Positions 61,928 through 64,000 of a DNA stretch of 64,000 nucleotides are shown piece by piece (the stretch's first letter is position 1; each line of letters opens with the position of its first letter). The stretch is from an uncultured Pseudomonadota bacterium (lineage in GTDB: Bacteria > Pseudomonadota > Gammaproteobacteria > Burkholderiales > SG8-39). Location of the stretch: NCBI GenBank assembly GCA_963739205.1, contig CAVTZJ010000005.1, positions 851,819 through 915,818 of the forward strand, given 5' to 3'. The notes under the pieces were generated by a model. The model had not been told where the DNA came from. It did no database searches and worked only from the letters and a program-made list of their open reading frames with translations. Position numbers and translations under genes: made by a program.

Positions 61928-61955
61928 GTGACTGTTCCTGGCCCATGGCGCACGT
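61928..61955 (+). repeat. 28-bp 11-6-11 element, degenerate copy E
   Basis: GTGACTGTTCC-TGGCCC-ATGGCGCACGT; 19/28 identical to copy B. Confidence 0.45.
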
Positions 61956-62059
61956 TATGAAGTTGTCTGGAAGCCGAGCTTCGAGAGAACGGCCGGCTAG
62001 TGACTATCCAGCGATTCGTTCAGGACTGCCCGTAAGCACCCCACAAGGTAAATCGAAGA

Positions 62060-62151
62060 TGGGTAGCGAAGGGCGTAGGGAGGGGGGTAGGTCGAGGGTA
62101 CGTAAAAGGTAGGGATAAGGGTAGGAAAACGGGTAGGTAACTGGCGTAGGG
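62060..62151 (+). repeat. Phased GGGTAG-like tandem array, ~12-bp period
   Basis: GTA cores at 62063, 62075, 62087, 62098, 62109, 62121, 62133 and 62146. Confidence 0.7.
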
Positions 62152-62312
62152 ATTGCCTGCAGAACCTCGTAAGAAACGCAAATTCCGTACGGTTGCTACT
62201 TGCTGGAGATGATGCGCGAGGACGCCCTACTACGTCGCGACAAGCCGAGGGTTAATGCGTTAGATAGTTAACGTGTCGTCGTCTCCAATTACGCGCGGCG
62301 GGCCAGCAGGCG

Positions 62313-62340
62313 ATGACTGCTAACGGCCAATAGCGGACAT
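62313..62340 (+). repeat. 28-bp 11-6-11 pseudo-palindrome, copy C
   Basis: ATGACTGCTAA-CGGCCA-ATAGCGGACAT; 20/28 identical to copy A. Confidence 0.65.
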
Positions 62341-62379
62341 CGACTAACGCCGGAGCTTGGCCAAGCGCGAGCCCTTCCA

Positions 62380-63207
62380 TCACTTCGGAGCGAGGTCGCC
62401 GTACCAGTAGGCAGCTGTGACTCCGCCGTCCATTAGGAAGTCGCTACCAGTGATGAACGCGCCGTCCGGCCCCATCAGAAGGGCCCCAACGGCTCCGACC
62501 TCATCCGGAGTGCCGACGCGCCCGGCCGCGGACAGGTTGATCATGCGCCGGTATCCTTCACCCCGCGGACCGGTCAGCTCATCCTTAGCGAGAGGCGTGG
62601 AGATTATTCCGGGGCTAATTGTGTTGATCCGCGCCCCCCGTTTGCCCCACCGCACCGCCTCGGCCATCACCCGCAACGAGTTCCGGCGCTTCGAGAGCTG
62701 GTAGGCGTGGAGCGGGTCCGTCACTCGGTCGAGCTGGAGCATCGGAAGAGCGAGCAACTCGTCGGCGGGCGTAGTCGCCAGCGCCTTGTTTTGTTCTGGC
62801 GTCAGCGCGGGGAGACGGTGCCCCGATTGCGACGCGATGACGACGCCCGCTCCGCCGCGCGCAATGACGTTGCCGAATTCCTCCAGCACGAGCGCGGTAC
62901 CATACAGATCGACCTTTAGGATTGTGGCCGGCGATGCCTGCGTAGGCGATACACCGGCGGCATGGATAAGGCCACTTATGGTGCCGGTCGCCTTAGCCAC
63001 TTCGACAAGCGCGTGGACTGCCTTGCGCGAGGACACGTCAACGATAGCAGTGGTCACGTCGAACCCGGCGTCGCTGAGAACGTTCGCGGCCACTTCGACG
63101 TTTTCGCGGCGCAGATCAGCTAGCAGGACATGTTTGCCTACACTGACCCGCCGCGCGATGGCCTGACCGATCGACCCCGCACCGATGACGACGATAACAT
63201 TAGTCAC
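62380..63207 (-). CDS. SDR family oxidoreductase
   Basis: VIGAGSIG, HAAGVSP, YQLSK, INTISPG and MDGG. Confidence 0.88.
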   Translation of the reverse strand: MTNVIVVIGAGSIGQAIARRVSVGKHVLLADLRRENVEVAANVLSDAGFDVTTAIVDVSSRKAVHALVEVAKATGTISGLIHAAGVSPTQASPATILKVDLYGTALVLEEFGNVIARGGAGVVIASQSGHRLPALTPEQNKALATTPADELLALPMLQLDRVTDPLHAYQLSKRRNSLRVMAEAVRWGKRGARINTISPGIISTPLAKDELTGPRGEGYRRMINLSAAGRVGTPDEVGAVGALLMGPDGAFITGSDFLMDGGVTAAYWYGDLAPK

Positions 63208-63326
63208 TGAGATCTCCTTTCACGTGGTCGAACGCTTGAGTCTCGCGACCGATTCGTGCTGACGTTAAAGGAAGGGCCTACCCAGCAATATTAGTCCGCA
63301 CGGGCTGTCAGGTCCGGTGCAGTCGA

Positions 63327-63346
63327 ATGTCCGCTTTGGGTAGCGG
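63327..63346 (+). repeat. Half/degenerate copy D of the 28-bp element
   Basis: ATGTCCGCTTT-GGGT matches the left arm and core of copy A at 14/15; the right arm is truncated (AGCGG). Confidence 0.55.
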
Positions 63347-63543
63347 GTTCGTTGACGGATGGCCAATTTTCGACCCGATATGGGCGCTAAGACCAGCTAG
63401 AAGCGTCGCCAGGCATTAGCCAGTACGATAGGCGTGAACGCGGCCTGCTTCTTTCTGATAGAGATCACGCGCCAGGCCGGGCGTCCCGGATCTGGCATTT
63501 TTGATTCAATCGTTGTGTTCATGACAACCTAACGGGATCTCCC

Positions 63544-63888
63544 ATGAATGCCGATGCACCTGCGTCCAGTCGTAAGCCTCAGATCGACGCTTTGCTTCTC
63601 AAGCTCCCGGGCGTCAGCACAAAAAAAATCAACGGCCTTGACGCCTACTTTGTCAGCGACAAGATGTTCGCCTGCATTAGCGGCCACGGCGTGGGGCTTC
63701 GCCTGCCTGTCGCCACCACGACCGAACTGCAATTCTCAAGGGACAACGTCGTCCCGTTTCAGCCCGGCGGTATCGCGAGTTCGAGGGAATGGATACAGAT
63801 CAACCGTGCCGAGGCGGCCGATTACGAGAAGGATCTCCCGCTATTTCAGGCGTCGCTCGAGTTTGTGAAAGCCGCCAGGACCCGCTAG
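63544..63888 (+). CDS. TfoX/YjbR-like small protein
   Basis: AYFVSDKMFACI...GLRLP...FQPGG...REWIQI pattern. Confidence 0.6.
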   Translation: MNADAPASSRKPQIDALLLKLPGVSTKKINGLDAYFVSDKMFACISGHGVGLRLPVATTTELQFSRDNVVPFQPGGIASSREWIQINRAEAADYEKDLPLFQASLEFVKAARTR

Positions 63889-64000
63889 GTCGACACTGTG
63901 GGGAACAATAAGCGGCGTAAGACATATCAGCAATCACCCAGACTCCGCTGTGGTGAGTCTCGTTCTTGGTGTCACCTAGACCCTCTGGCAAAGATAGGAC

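Larger units (their letters stand above)
51576..64000. mobile_element. tRNA-Arg-integrated genomic island (left part; continues beyond window)
   Basis: It begins at the tRNA fragment. Gene density drops, intergenic DNA is visibly less GC-rich, and the cargo genes are unrelated. No integrase is present within the window. Confidence 0.75.

Noticed and set aside
58453-63346. Integron attC sites, CRISPR repeats or the chromosomal dif site as explanation of the 28-bp elements
   Set aside because: They lack RYYYAAC/GTTRRRY ends, are spaced hundreds to thousands of bp apart and do not match the XerC/XerD consensus. No intI or cas gene is in the window.

Overview
This is a GC-rich betaproteobacterial chromosome segment, judged from gene order and protein sequences. 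Bases 1-28 kb are core housekeeping genes, all on the minus strand: folC(5' end)-accD-trpABF-truA-fimV-asd-leuBDC, then M48/MFS/TetR, der-bamB-yfgM-hisS-ispG-rodZ-pilW-rlmN-ndk, tilS-accA, alkA-like, DUF6352, HNH and HU. Bases 28-51.5 kb are accessory metabolic genes. These include a Fur-boxed cupredoxin/FTR1 iron uptake pair, a DsrE-TusA-SQR-like-DUF1641 sulfur module, a Ser/Thr kinase, tandem SHOCT lipoproteins, an internally deleted thiolase, a P450, a SMUG1-type UDG and an orphan pal with a TonB-C lipoprotein. At 51531-51575 a 3' half of tRNA-Arg(ACG) marks the boundary of a tRNA-integrated island that runs past the window end; IHF-like and 10-bp phased repeats sit beside it. The island carries a 1980-aa Gly-rich autotransporter and unrelated single cargo genes. 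These are separated by a family of 28-bp 11-6-11 pseudo-palindromes shaped like tyrosine-recombinase sites, which is the best candidate here for an undescribed cassette system. Other notable signals are a ~12-bp phased GGGTAG array, an unannotated 51-aa Cys/His microprotein, and many genes with a -10 hexamer 5-9 nt before the start codon (apparently leaderless). All calls come from motif recognition by eye; no database searches were run.
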